A DNA stretch of 64,000 nucleotides from a virus, in the IMG/VR virus record IMGVR_UViG_3300025508_002497, positions 1-64,000 of that record. One strand, written 5' to 3'. The first letter of the stretch is position 1. Every line of letters starts with the position of its first letter. Below the pieces are notes generated by a model. The model saw only the letters and a list, made by a program, of their open reading frames with translations, had not been told where the DNA came from and did no database searches. This document shows, piece after piece, positions 20,785 through 33,537 of this stretch. The position numbers and the translations under genes were made by a program.

Positions 20785-21425
20785 TGTGTTTTCCTTTTAA
20801 TATAAAGTGCATCACCCCATGTATCACCAGCCCAGTTAGTATCTACTCGTTCAAAGTTATACTCAGACAAGAACTGATCAATCTCTTCCACCATAGGACA
20901 ACCCTCATAAACTTCTGCTCTGTTTACTTCAGAGTAGATGAACTGAATATGAGGTAAAAACTTAGAGGCGCCCTTCATGACTTCTAACTCATAACCCTGA
21001 ACATCAATGTTCATGAAGTTAAAGTCTTCGGGTACGATCTCATCTTCTTCTGCTAGAATATCAAGGGTGGTAACTTCAACCTCGATACTTTCGTTGAACT
21101 TTATATGTGGATATTGTTCTAGATGAATCGAAGGTTTCAATAGAGAGGTAGACATTCCCTTATACAGTTCAGCATTTTGCCCTTCAAAATCTGATACGTT
21201 CATTTGCATTGTCTTCTCTTCAGATCCAAGAGCAACTTGATACAAAGTAATATCATCATCACGAAAGTCTTCTGTGATTTTTTCAACGTGTTCTGGGACA
21301 GGTTCAAACAAAGCAATATTTTTAATACCGCTATTGATATACTGTCTAACCTCTTGTCCGTGGTGCGCCCCAATGTGAAGAACACCCTTCACATGCGGGT
21401 ATAGATTCTCAAGATTCATTAACAT
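20781..21425 (-). CDS. FkbM-family methyltransferase
   Basis: LHIGAHHGQE, FEPVP, IDVQGYELEVMKGA, WGDALY. Confidence 0.9.
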   Translation of the reverse strand: MLMNLENLYPHVKGVLHIGAHHGQEVRQYINSGIKNIALFEPVPEHVEKITEDFRDDDITLYQVALGSEEKTMQMNVSDFEGQNAELYKGMSTSLLKPSIHLEQYPHIKFNESIEVEVTTLDILAEEDEIVPEDFNFMNIDVQGYELEVMKGASKFLPHIQFIYSEVNRAEVYEGCPMVEEIDQFLSEYNFERVDTNWAGDTWGDALYIKRKTQ

Positions 21426-22284
21426 TGTGACTCATCTCCAATAGTTTCACATATTCACTCGCACACTTCTCTAGCGTCAGGTTGTCTAGTATGTATTGTC
21501 GCGGATCATACTTAGATTTGTTCAAGACCTTTTCCATGAAGAGTTCGTCTATAAACTCTTCGAGTCGAGAAAGATCAGGACACTTTATTCCACACCTATC
21601 ATCAAAATACGGCGCTGATGTAGCAGGAAAAGTATGTTGTGGTTGATCATCCCAGACTGGTTTATCAATGACGTAACAAGGAACGCCCATCGAAAGAATT
21701 TCTTGATAAGCAATACCTTGACTCTCGGTTCCTGTGATCGTGACACAGAATCTAGATCGTCTTGCAACATCAATCAACTGTTCTTCTGTATAACTACCAT
21801 AACTAATCAGTTCATACGAAAGTTCATAAACATCAAGAAGACGAATCAACTCTTGCTTTGTTTCCTCTGATCCTCGCTTAAAGTAGATCAAACAATCATT
21901 GTCTTTAGATACCCATCCAGGCGAAAACTTATCAGTATCAATACCAACGGGCCAAACATGAATGTTTACGTTCTCGGTAATTTCAAAAGTTTCATACATG
22001 TCCTTCACCCACTGACAGGGAACAAGAACATCCTTGAAGTGATACCATAACTGCGGGATATCTGTGGGGACAACAACGAGATTGGGACCAACCAAAGTAT
22101 TCTTTGGGAGATCCATAAACCTCGGACCCCATGCAGTCAAGCAACCATTCAGATCTGCTTCTTGATTCACAACATAAGGAACGCCTAGTTTGTGTAAACT
22201 GTGCATCAGGTTGTATGCTACTTTTCCTGGCCCATTGTTGTTACCACACCCACCGTGAAATAATCCAATCATACCTTTATCCAA
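21409..22284 (-). CDS. GT-B glycosyltransferase (GT4-like)
   Basis: GPGKV, WPVGIDT..F, ESQGIAYQEILSMGVP (E-x7-E motif). Confidence 0.75.
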   Translation of the reverse strand: MDKGMIGLFHGGCGNNNGPGKVAYNLMHSLHKLGVPYVVNQEADLNGCLTAWGPRFMDLPKNTLVGPNLVVVPTDIPQLWYHFKDVLVPCQWVKDMYETFEITENVNIHVWPVGIDTDKFSPGWVSKDNDCLIYFKRGSEETKQELIRLLDVYELSYELISYGSYTEEQLIDVARRSRFCVTITGTESQGIAYQEILSMGVPCYVIDKPVWDDQPQHTFPATSAPYFDDRCGIKCPDLSRLEEFIDELFMEKVLNKSKYDPRQYILDNLTLEKCASEYVKLLEMSHNVNES

Positions 22285-23078
22285 TCTTCACAATAAATAT
22301 CTCTCCAACTTTCTTCTGGAGATGTTCCAAGCCATTTCTTCGGAGCAATGATTGTATCGGCATGTGGATTCAAGTATGCTCCCCACCAACTAAAAGAACT
22401 GTTCGCCATTATAACATTCTTACACATACTAATCAAGCACATATCTTGAAACTGGTTCATTCCTTCAGAGAAAAAGAACTGTTTGTTATCATCACTAACA
22501 AACTTTTCCTTACACCATTCTATGTCATCAGATAAGATAACATACTTACCAGATCCTATGTTACTAATCGCTTCGTTATAGTAATCCATACCTAACATAT
22601 TATGCCAACCATTAGACTTAGCATAGTCTGTTCTTCTAACATGAACGGCAGACACTTGAAAATCCCTGTCAAAAGAACTTAGTTTCTCCCAACAGCGTTC
22701 GGTGGTTTCTAATGTAAAGGCAAACTCATCTTTTATCTTATCACTACAATGATCAAAAAACTTAGGAACCTGAAAGTAACCAGACATAGTAATATTATCT
22801 GGAACATCAAACACTCTTTCATCATACTTATTTTCATAGTATGCTAACATATTAAATGGTGTAAACCCTGTGCTATCTTTAGCAGAGATATTAAACTCAT
22901 CCATCAGTTCTAACTTTTCTTTGTGACCGTATGGCTGAGTCGTCTTCGATCTTCTGGCGTTCTCATATGGAATACCATACTCGTAATGATTTTTAGTGGC
23001 AATACCAACCAATGCTGCATACTGAAACATCTGATTTGCTAGTCTACCTAAGTATCCTATTTCCTGATTTACAATCAT
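22269..23078 (-). CDS. GT11 alpha-1,2-fucosyltransferase-like
   Basis: GRLANQMFQYA, GYFQ, HVRRTDY, SDDIEWC, NSSFSWWGAYL. Confidence 0.92.
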   Translation of the reverse strand: MIVNQEIGYLGRLANQMFQYAALVGIATKNHYEYGIPYENARRSKTTQPYGHKEKLELMDEFNISAKDSTGFTPFNMLAYYENKYDERVFDVPDNITMSGYFQVPKFFDHCSDKIKDEFAFTLETTERCWEKLSSFDRDFQVSAVHVRRTDYAKSNGWHNMLGMDYYNEAISNIGSGKYVILSDDIEWCKEKFVSDDNKQFFFSEGMNQFQDMCLISMCKNVIMANSSFSWWGAYLNPHADTIIAPKKWLGTSPEESWRDIYCEDWIKV

Positions 23079-23695
23079 TTATCTACTTTCACATTAGTCC
23101 AAGGAATGTTTCTTGGATCATCCTGATAAAACCACGCTCGTCCAAAAGGAACTACCACGTTGAAATCAGACTGAACTTCAGCAGTCGCAACATCACAGTG
23201 CCATTTCTTTTCTTGCACCCATTCATTCATTGAGTCGATACACTTACTCGCATACTCTTCGCTCAGGTAGAGAACGGCATGAAGAGATGTCATGTATGAT
23301 ACCTTTGCAAAGTTATCATCATACACTCGCATCTCTAACGCCCTCGACATTTTAGAAGACGCCGCTCGTTCTTCTGTCGCACTCCATGTTGTCCACCCAA
23401 GATAAACTGCGTCTACTTCATCTGGAACATCGATCGTAGGTTTGAATGTATCGTTGAAAGTAACGTCATCTTCCAGAACGAGGAAAGGCGTTCCTTCCTC
23501 TAAACCTCTCTCTAGGGTCTTGACATGACTCATACCACAACCAAAGTAATACGGCTGTGCTTTGATAGCAGACACCCTCTCTACGTTATTCATACCAAGT
23601 CTAGTAAACAACCTTATCATACTGTCTTGTCTGTCAGTACGATCATCTAGATTAATCCAGTATGTCTTGAGTGTCGAGAGATCAAGATGCTTCAT
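23075..23695 (-). CDS. GT25 glycosyltransferase
   Basis: YWINLDDRTDR, GCGMSH, LVLEDD, AVYLG motifs. Confidence 0.82.
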   Translation of the reverse strand: MKHLDLSTLKTYWINLDDRTDRQDSMIRLFTRLGMNNVERVSAIKAQPYYFGCGMSHVKTLERGLEEGTPFLVLEDDVTFNDTFKPTIDVPDEVDAVYLGWTTWSATEERAASSKMSRALEMRVYDDNFAKVSYMTSLHAVLYLSEEYASKCIDSMNEWVQEKKWHCDVATAEVQSDFNVVVPFGRAWFYQDDPRNIPWTNVKVDK

Positions 23696-24344
23696 AGTTC
23701 ATTCCAACCTTACCGACTGCGGTTTCGGTGCTACCCCAGAACTGATCTGCATATGGTTCAAAGGGACCATTGTACGGATTCATTTTAGTGTAGTGATTTG
23801 GAATGAAGTAGAAACTTGGATAGACTGCCAACTTGATATAAGCAAGTTCATGTACCGTCTTGGTTAGGAACACTGGACCAACAGTCTTCCAAGCAGAGAG
23901 AGGGCCCTCATGCAAAGTCTGTCCTTCGAGTGTGTGAAGACGATTGACGAGATGATTCATCAACTCACAACCCTTCACACAACCGAGATAACCTGCGGCG
24001 ATTAGTTGGCCACGAATCAGTTCGTTTTCATAACAACTAAAACTATCGTTCTCTAGAAGATAATCATCGAGTGGTCGCTTGCACACACAGTCAGCATCGA
24101 GAAAGAACCCACCAAACTTTTGGAGGATTTCATAACGAGCAATATCGCACTTACCATTCCACTCTGGCATGGCGTCGTATTGTTTCTGATTGTGTAGTCC
24201 GTTTGGAAAGTGTTCTGCGATGGACTCTTCGTTCCAGAACATATACTCATAGTCTGGATGGGCATCTTTCCATGTGTTCATCAGATGCAGAGGTGCAGGC
24301 TTTGGTCCTACCCACAGTTGGTGGATAATCTTTGGGATACTCAT
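23682..24344 (-). CDS. GT32 (OCH1-like, DxD) glycosyltransferase
   Basis: IPKIIHQLW, DIARYEIL..FGGFFLDAD, GPVFLT. Confidence 0.88.
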   Translation of the reverse strand: MSIPKIIHQLWVGPKPAPLHLMNTWKDAHPDYEYMFWNEESIAEHFPNGLHNQKQYDAMPEWNGKCDIARYEILQKFGGFFLDADCVCKRPLDDYLLENDSFSCYENELIRGQLIAAGYLGCVKGCELMNHLVNRLHTLEGQTLHEGPLSAWKTVGPVFLTKTVHELAYIKLAVYPSFYFIPNHYTKMNPYNGPFEPYADQFWGSTETAVGKVGMNYEAS

Positions 24345-24366
24345 AATAAAAAAGACCTTTCAATAT

Positions 24367-24774
24367 TTACTTACGCTTACCTATATGATATTTAGGTATC
24401 AATTCCCAGTTCTTCTTTTCAGAGTGGGGTAGAATCTTTAGTTGAGCGAGACTCACTTGTGGTTCGGCATACTCTTCATCATCAATCACCTGAACCAGTC
24501 CCCACTCAACCAGAAGTTTTACAATTGTATTTCTTCTACCTATATCAGTATCTGAAATATCACTATCCAACCCATCTAAAGAGAATAATTCTTTGAAGTG
24601 AAGTATAGCATACTTTCCTCGCTTATGCAAGATATGACAGGACTGATATAGTTTATTTTCTCTACGAGAAGAAACACCTAGTCTAGTAAGAGTTTCCTTA
24701 ACCTTTAGGAAGTCGTCTCTTTCCTTGAGAGTAATCTCTACTCCATAACCTTCAAATAAATCTTCGCTTTCCAT
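24367..24774 (-). CDS. regA: Translational repressor RegA
   Basis: DDFLKVKETLTRLGV, LYQSCHILHKRG.Y...HFKELF, RRNTI..LL.EWGL, PKY.IG. Confidence 0.96.
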   Translation of the reverse strand: MESEDLFEGYGVEITLKERDDFLKVKETLTRLGVSSRRENKLYQSCHILHKRGKYAILHFKELFSLDGLDSDISDTDIGRRNTIVKLLVEWGLVQVIDDEEYAEPQVSLAQLKILPHSEKKNWELIPKYHIGKRK

Positions 24775-24810
24775 GTGATCTCTCTCAATGAAATAACCAT
24801 TATAACTGTT

Positions 24811-25230
24811 TTATTTAGGGTTTTTCATCTTTTGAGTACCACCAGTATACATTTCAGCCTGCATAGACTCAATGTTCTCATCTGTAAGGATGTCGGCGAC
24901 ATCAATTGCCTTTGTATCTGAGTAACCAAAATACTGCTTGATTACATCAATCTTGTCAACCTTTGTCTTCTTCAACCACGGACTGAACCTTTTCTTCTTC
25001 CTAATTCCTAACCGCAGAAAATCAAACTGCATATTCTTGGGTAGCGTATGATAATGATTCATCTCATTAACGAAGTAGATAGTATCAGGGAAGAACGAGA
25101 GGCACCGATTAACCACAAAAGGAGGGTACTCCTTTTCAACCGACTCATCGTCAGTCTCCATAAGAGGCTCCTTGCTGTGGTTAATGGCGTTGAGATACTC
25201 AGTCAGTTTCACCGACGACTCCCAGAACAT
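24811..25230 (-). CDS. 62: Clamp loader small subunit gp62
   Basis: YLNAIN..K, YPPFVVNRCLS, NEMN, QFDF, RKKKRFSPW, YFGYS..KA; T4 synteny. Confidence 0.92.
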   Translation of the reverse strand: MFWESSVKLTEYLNAINHSKEPLMETDDESVEKEYPPFVVNRCLSFFPDTIYFVNEMNHYHTLPKNMQFDFLRLGIRKKKRFSPWLKKTKVDKIDVIKQYFGYSDTKAIDVADILTDENIESMQAEMYTGGTQKMKNPK

Positions 25231-25489
25231 GCTCTTGGTTTAGAATAACAAAACCACCAAACGTGCTATACCCATCCTTCTTAGAGAAAAGAACCTTAGT
25301 TCCAACATCAATACCCAGAGGAACTTCCGTTCCATTAGAAAGAACTCTTGGAGAACCAATACTATGCACTACACCAATCCCATGAACTTTACTTTCCTTC
25401 TCTTGGTAGATGATACCATTCGTGGTTTCATTCTTAGCAGCCTCCTCTTTGATGGCTACCTTTCCTCTTGTCACATATAAACTACTCAT
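25199..25489 (-). CDS. groES: GroES/Cpn10-like co-chaperonin
   Basis: T.NGII mobile loop, G.V..IG, VG.KVLF, IL...VLGV; 96 aa. Confidence 0.8.
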   Translation of the reverse strand: MSSLYVTRGKVAIKEEAAKNETTNGIIYQEKESKVHGIGVVHSIGSPRVLSNGTEVPLGIDVGTKVLFSKKDGYSTFGGFVILNQEHVLGVVGETD

Positions 25490-26436
25490 TTAAATTCACA
25501 CTCCATCATAATTTGAACCAGACACGCAGTCATGTTGATCTCTGTGTCGGCAACGAAAGCAGCCTTGTAAAGATACTCACCACAGATTAGGATCGCCTGC
25601 GGAATCGATCCTGGCTTCATGTACTCATACATCGAGTCGTAGAGATTACGAATCAAGTCTTCCTGTGAGTTGTCAAGGTTCTCAACCACCCACTTCCGAA
25701 CCTCGGTGAAGTTCTTTTCCTTCATCGACTTCATCAAAGACTTGACGCGGATCTCGCCGATTTGTGCAAGAATACCTGTATCAATCACACCAGAAACCGA
25801 GTAGCGTTGGAGTTCGTTTAGAATCCTACGAATGTCGGGGAAGTGCTTCTTGATAAGTTCAAGCAGAACAGGACGCTCATACTTGACACCCTCTGCCGTG
25901 AGGATGGTTTCGATTCGCTCAAGAATACCAACAGCGAGCGTCGGCTTTTCATTGTTAGGAATCTTGAACTCCACCGTAGTGCATCGGGAGTGCAACGGTT
26001 GAATGATTCGGTTCTTGTAGTTACAAGTGAGAACGAACCTACAACTGTTAGCAAACTCCTCGATTGCACCACGAAGGGCTGGTTGAATGCTCTGGGCATT
26101 ACTATAGTCAAATTCGTCTAGGATCACAATCTTCTTCTGTCCCGTCATCGAGACAGTGCTTGCGAAGTTACGAATGGTTGTGCGAAGAGTATCAATGTTA
26201 CCCTCCTCTGAACAGTTGATCAGTATATAATCAAGATCAAGTTCATTACACAACGCTTTGGCTACAGTTGTCTTACCACAACCAGCACCACCCGAAAGCA
26301 GAAGGTTCTGAACTTCTCCGTTCTTTACCATCTGCTTAAAGGTGGTTTTGATCTCAACTGGAAGAATACAATCATCAATCTTCTGTGGGCGATACTTCTC
26401 CACCCACAGATAGTTTTTCACATCGGTCATTATCAA
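25486..26436 (-). CDS. 44: Clamp loader large subunit gp44 (AAA+)
   Basis: LWVEKYRP, GGAGCGKTT, DEFD, LHSRC, FPDIRR..NELQRY. Confidence 0.96.
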   Translation of the reverse strand: MIMTDVKNYLWVEKYRPQKIDDCILPVEIKTTFKQMVKNGEVQNLLLSGGAGCGKTTVAKALCNELDLDYILINCSEEGNIDTLRTTIRNFASTVSMTGQKKIVILDEFDYSNAQSIQPALRGAIEEFANSCRFVLTCNYKNRIIQPLHSRCTTVEFKIPNNEKPTLAVGILERIETILTAEGVKYERPVLLELIKKHFPDIRRILNELQRYSVSGVIDTGILAQIGEIRVKSLMKSMKEKNFTEVRKWVVENLDNSQEDLIRNLYDSMYEYMKPGSIPQAILICGEYLYKAAFVADTEINMTACLVQIMMECEFK

Positions 26437-26443
26437 TCCTTAG

Positions 26444-27136
26444 TCAAGCGTTGTAAGTTGAATCAGTTTCCAGTGCGATCCAATACTTGACATCAGTGTT
26501 CGTGTTCGTAAAGGAACTCACAACAGATTCACAGATCTCAACATCATAATCTCCAGGCAGGAGTTTGAGGTTGTCAATCTTGAAGTTGAACTCAAAGTTG
26601 GGAGTGTCTCCAAGAACATCACCGACCGCAACAGAATAGTCGTTGGATGTAGGATCCTTCTTGTCCCGAACAACAGCGAGAATGTTCTCACCACCCATCG
26701 AGGTAAACGAAAGGTCGGGAAGTTGAAGAACAGAAGCAGCACGCTGAAGATCAGCGAACACACTCTGAGTCAGACTGAGATTGATTACAGTCTCAGGCAT
26801 CTGAACCTGCTTGTTGATCGTAGTAAGAAGACTGGGTTCAGAGTAGTAGTAAGTAACTGCTCGCCCACCTTCTCCTGAGATCTTCACGGACTTTTCACCA
26901 AACACACATGTTGGTGAATCAAAAAGTGACAGCGTACCGAGAAACTTGTTCAGATCCCAGATACCAAACTCGACAGGGAAGTCTTCCTGAACCGTTGCTT
27001 GTGCCATAACGTTCTTGGCGCCAGTGACCGTGTTGATCACATTGCCAGGACGAACGAGAAGGTTAGAGTTGAGTTGAGAAAAGTTCTTCAGAATCGAGAG
27101 TGTTTCTTGCGAAATACTAGTGCTTGTCATAACCAT
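26444..27136 (-). CDS. 45: Sliding clamp gp45
   Basis: LS.ETL.ILKNF..NSN, FGIWDLN.FL, NLKLLPGDY.V, YWIALE. Start adjusted to the ATG with a GGAG SD. Confidence 0.95.
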   Translation of the reverse strand: MVMTSTSISQETLSILKNFSQLNSNLLVRPGNVINTVTGAKNVMAQATVQEDFPVEFGIWDLNKFLGTLSLFDSPTCVFGEKSVKISGEGGRAVTYYYSEPSLLTTINKQVQMPETVINLSLTQSVFADLQRAASVLQLPDLSFTSMGGENILAVVRDKKDPTSNDYSVAVGDVLGDTPNFEFNFKIDNLKLLPGDYDVEICESVVSSFTNTNTDVKYWIALETDSTYNA

Positions 27137-27162
27137 TACAAATAAATCTCCAGTTGGGATGT

Positions 27163-27354
27163 TCAATCATCATATGAATCAAATTCTAGATACTCATCTA
27201 GATCATTAGAGTCTACAAGACCATGATTAACTTTGTCAATCATAATCTTTGTGTTGTGTCGAGAAGATCTTTTAGCCTGTTTCTTCTGACTGCGGGTGCC
27301 ATTTTTAGGTCCACTATCCTCTCTATAAGGATTATCTTTTGGGTTACGTCCCAT
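27163..27354 (-). CDS. Hypothetical small protein (basic N-terminus, acidic C-terminus)
   Basis: SD GGAG; first ORF after a sigma70 promoter. Confidence 0.6.
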   Translation of the reverse strand: MGRNPKDNPYREDSGPKNGTRSQKKQAKRSSRHNTKIMIDKVNHGLVDSNDLDEYLEFDSYDD

Positions 27355-27377
27355 TTATAAACTCCATTTCAATATGT

Positions 27378-27405
27378 ATTATATCTCACTTCACGGAATT
27401 GTCAA
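27378..27405 (-). promoter_or_regulatory. Consensus sigma70-type early promoter for the gp45-44-groES-62-regA operon
   Basis: Minus strand TTGACA (27405-27400), 16 nt, TATAAT (27383-27378); intergenic. Confidence 0.85.
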
Positions 27406-27418
27406 GTGATAATTTAGA

Positions 27419-27879
27419 TTAAGCCCAGTTAAGTTTAATTTGTGTTGTTTCTCCGGTAGCCAATGTATTCCAAAAGTTGATTACATCTGTAGAAGATCCA
27501 TTCCAACGAACCCTCAAAATTGTACCCGAATTAGAACCAAAAGTGTGAGTTATTGAAGTAGCATTAAAGGCTGCTCCATCATGGGTCCAAGTGCTATCTG
27601 CGGTAATGATACCACCAGCATTAGTCACAACAGTCTCCCATGCTCCGGCGTTAACGTAGTCGCCAGATGATTTTACTCTAAGTAACCACTCTATGTAAGT
27701 AGAACTAATGTCTTTCCGTAAAGGCGTGGAACTATAAAGTTCATAATTGTTTGCCACATCATCAGTACCAGACAGTGTTGAATTTGTTAGATTAAAAAAA
27801 CCACGGGCAGCCACTAACTCTGCGTCGAGTTGTAGTTTTACGCCAGCAGGAGTAGGAAATAATAACCAATGAGGAGGAG

Positions 27880-27883
<4 letters not shown>
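27419..27883 (-). CDS. Hypothetical protein downstream of the fibre (possible tip or chaperone)
   Basis: ATGA overlap with the fibre gene; Thr/Ser/Trp-rich, beta-type composition. Confidence 0.6.
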
Positions 27884-31712
<3,829 letters not shown>

Positions 31713-31713
<1 letters not shown>

Positions 31714-32801
31714 TATGTATTAACCCTCATTGAAACTTCACCCGCAAAGTTATTGGTAGATTCCCAAATATCATAAAGGATATCAAGACCATACTCATTT
31801 GTATGTGTAAATGAACCAGTGAGACCAAAGGGGAAACCCAATCCATTTGCAGTATTAGTCATCGTTAAAGTTCCTGAATACTCACTCTGTGGTAGTATGA
31901 AGAAACCTTTATTCCCAGGCGAGACAGCAGGGAAAGTGAAAGTCCAGTTATCTGGGGATGTTCTACTGAGAGTATCAGTAAAACCTTGTGCTGTTAAACC
32001 TGTCCCATCAAAACCAGTCGCAGTTCTACCACTGAAGTATCTATAACGCCAGTTCATGGTATCAGTTTTAGTTGGATTACTTCCACTTGCCTGCTCACCC
32101 TCAATCGTGAAGGTAAGAGTTTTTTCTACATTGAAGTTATACGCCCCATGAGAAATCGATTGAGGTGAACCATCGTAGTTCAAACCAGAGACAAGAGTTC
32201 CAACACTCTGATTTGCAGAGATTGAAAGGGAACCAGCAACCCAGTTTGCGTTTGGACCAGCAGTAGACCAAGTAGAGTTTACCGTTGTATTACCAGCGGT
32301 TTGTCCAACTTCATATGGTCCAGAAGAAAGTCCAATATCAAAGGCGGAGAACGAAACTGGTTGGTATGCGAAGAGTAAAGTTTCTAAGATTTCAATGGCA
32401 GTAGTTCCATCACTAAATGATGTTCCTGCTACAATACCACCAAGACTATCTGGGAATGTTTCACCACCTCTAGTCCAACCTCGAACCGCAAAAGTAGGAC
32501 CGTTTAGAGTCAGTCCTGTACCAGCAACATATGTGTCACCTGTGCCATCCGCTCCAGTCACACCTGCGGGTCCAGTGGGTCCAGTGGGTCCGTCAGCACC
32601 ACTCCCGCCACTTCCACCACTACCACCAGCACCAAGTGAAACCCACCCAACACGGGTGCCGTGTTCGGGTGAGTGACCGATGATAGTATCTGTTGCTAGA
32701 TAATATAATCCATTCTTTCTAACAACATCACCGGGATTATAAGTTATTAGGTTACCGTTTGCATCTACTGCCTTGTAATAACCTCGATATTTATTTCCCA
32801 T
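31713..32801 (-). CDS. Virion protein with a short collagen segment, probable paralogue of 5258..6940
   Basis: [13 protein letters not shown]; C-terminal YFSG...FFILP...[15 protein letters not shown] resembles the C-terminus of 5258..6940. Confidence 0.72.
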
Positions 32802-32826
32802 AGGATTCTTCCATAAAGAATACCTA

Positions 32827-32835
32827 GTATATATG
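32827..32835 (-). promoter_or_regulatory. Putative late promoter variant CATATATAC for fibre module 1
   Basis: Intergenic; the same 9-mer as 7406..7414. Confidence 0.5.
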
Positions 32836-33537
32836 TTATGAATATGTCCTCAGAATCACAGTATCCTTATTGATTCTACCTGTAGGGATAGCGTTTTTCG
32901 TTTTAATGTTATTGATAACACGCTTGGTATAATCGATACGTCCCTCTGTTATATTACTAAGAAGAGTCAAGTTATTCTTTCTGATAGTCTTAGTAACAGA
33001 ACTTTCAGAAAAATTTTGAATAGTAGTTCCCTTGACACTAAGACCTTCCTTAGTACTAGCCTCAAACAGAGTTAGTTTCTTGGTCTTAGTGTTGAAACAG
33101 AGAAGGCCACTAGCACCCACGATGTTGACAGGATCGATCGATTCTAGATTGAACTCTTTTGATTCAGGCATATACTGAACCGACTTCACGAGTTTATTGG
33201 GATCGACCTTTCGTTTGCGTCGAGTGATCTTAGACTTCGCTTCTAGAACTTCAATCAAAGAGTCCAGATATTCGTCTAGTTTCTTCAACTTAGTAGTCGA
33301 AAGAAACGAGTAACCTTCCACCAAGTCCTCGTCGGTTTTGTTGATGGCTCCAGTGATCTCACCTCGTACTTCAATGAAGTGATCTCTTAGGAGTTTGATT
33401 TCTCTTTTAGTTGGTTTGTAAGACTTGATCGCATTCTCGAAGTTGGGCTTTCTAATCGAACCACCATCAGAGAGTTTACCCATATAATCGTCCAAGAATC
33501 GTTCAAGAATATTACCAAATTCGGTGTCTTGTTTCAT
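32836..33537 (-). CDS. Conserved hypothetical protein of T4-like phages
   Basis: SIDP..IVGA..L..FNTKTKKL...GLSVKGTTI.NF...KTIRK...TGRINKD pattern. Confidence 0.65.
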   Translation of the reverse strand: MKQDTEFGNILERFLDDYMGKLSDGGSIRKPNFENAIKSYKPTKREIKLLRDHFIEVRGEITGAINKTDEDLVEGYSFLSTTKLKKLDEYLDSLIEVLEAKSKITRRKRKVDPNKLVKSVQYMPESKEFNLESIDPVNIVGASGLLCFNTKTKKLTLFEASTKEGLSVKGTTIQNFSESSVTKTIRKNNLTLLSNITEGRIDYTKRVINNIKTKNAIPTGRINKDTVILRTYS

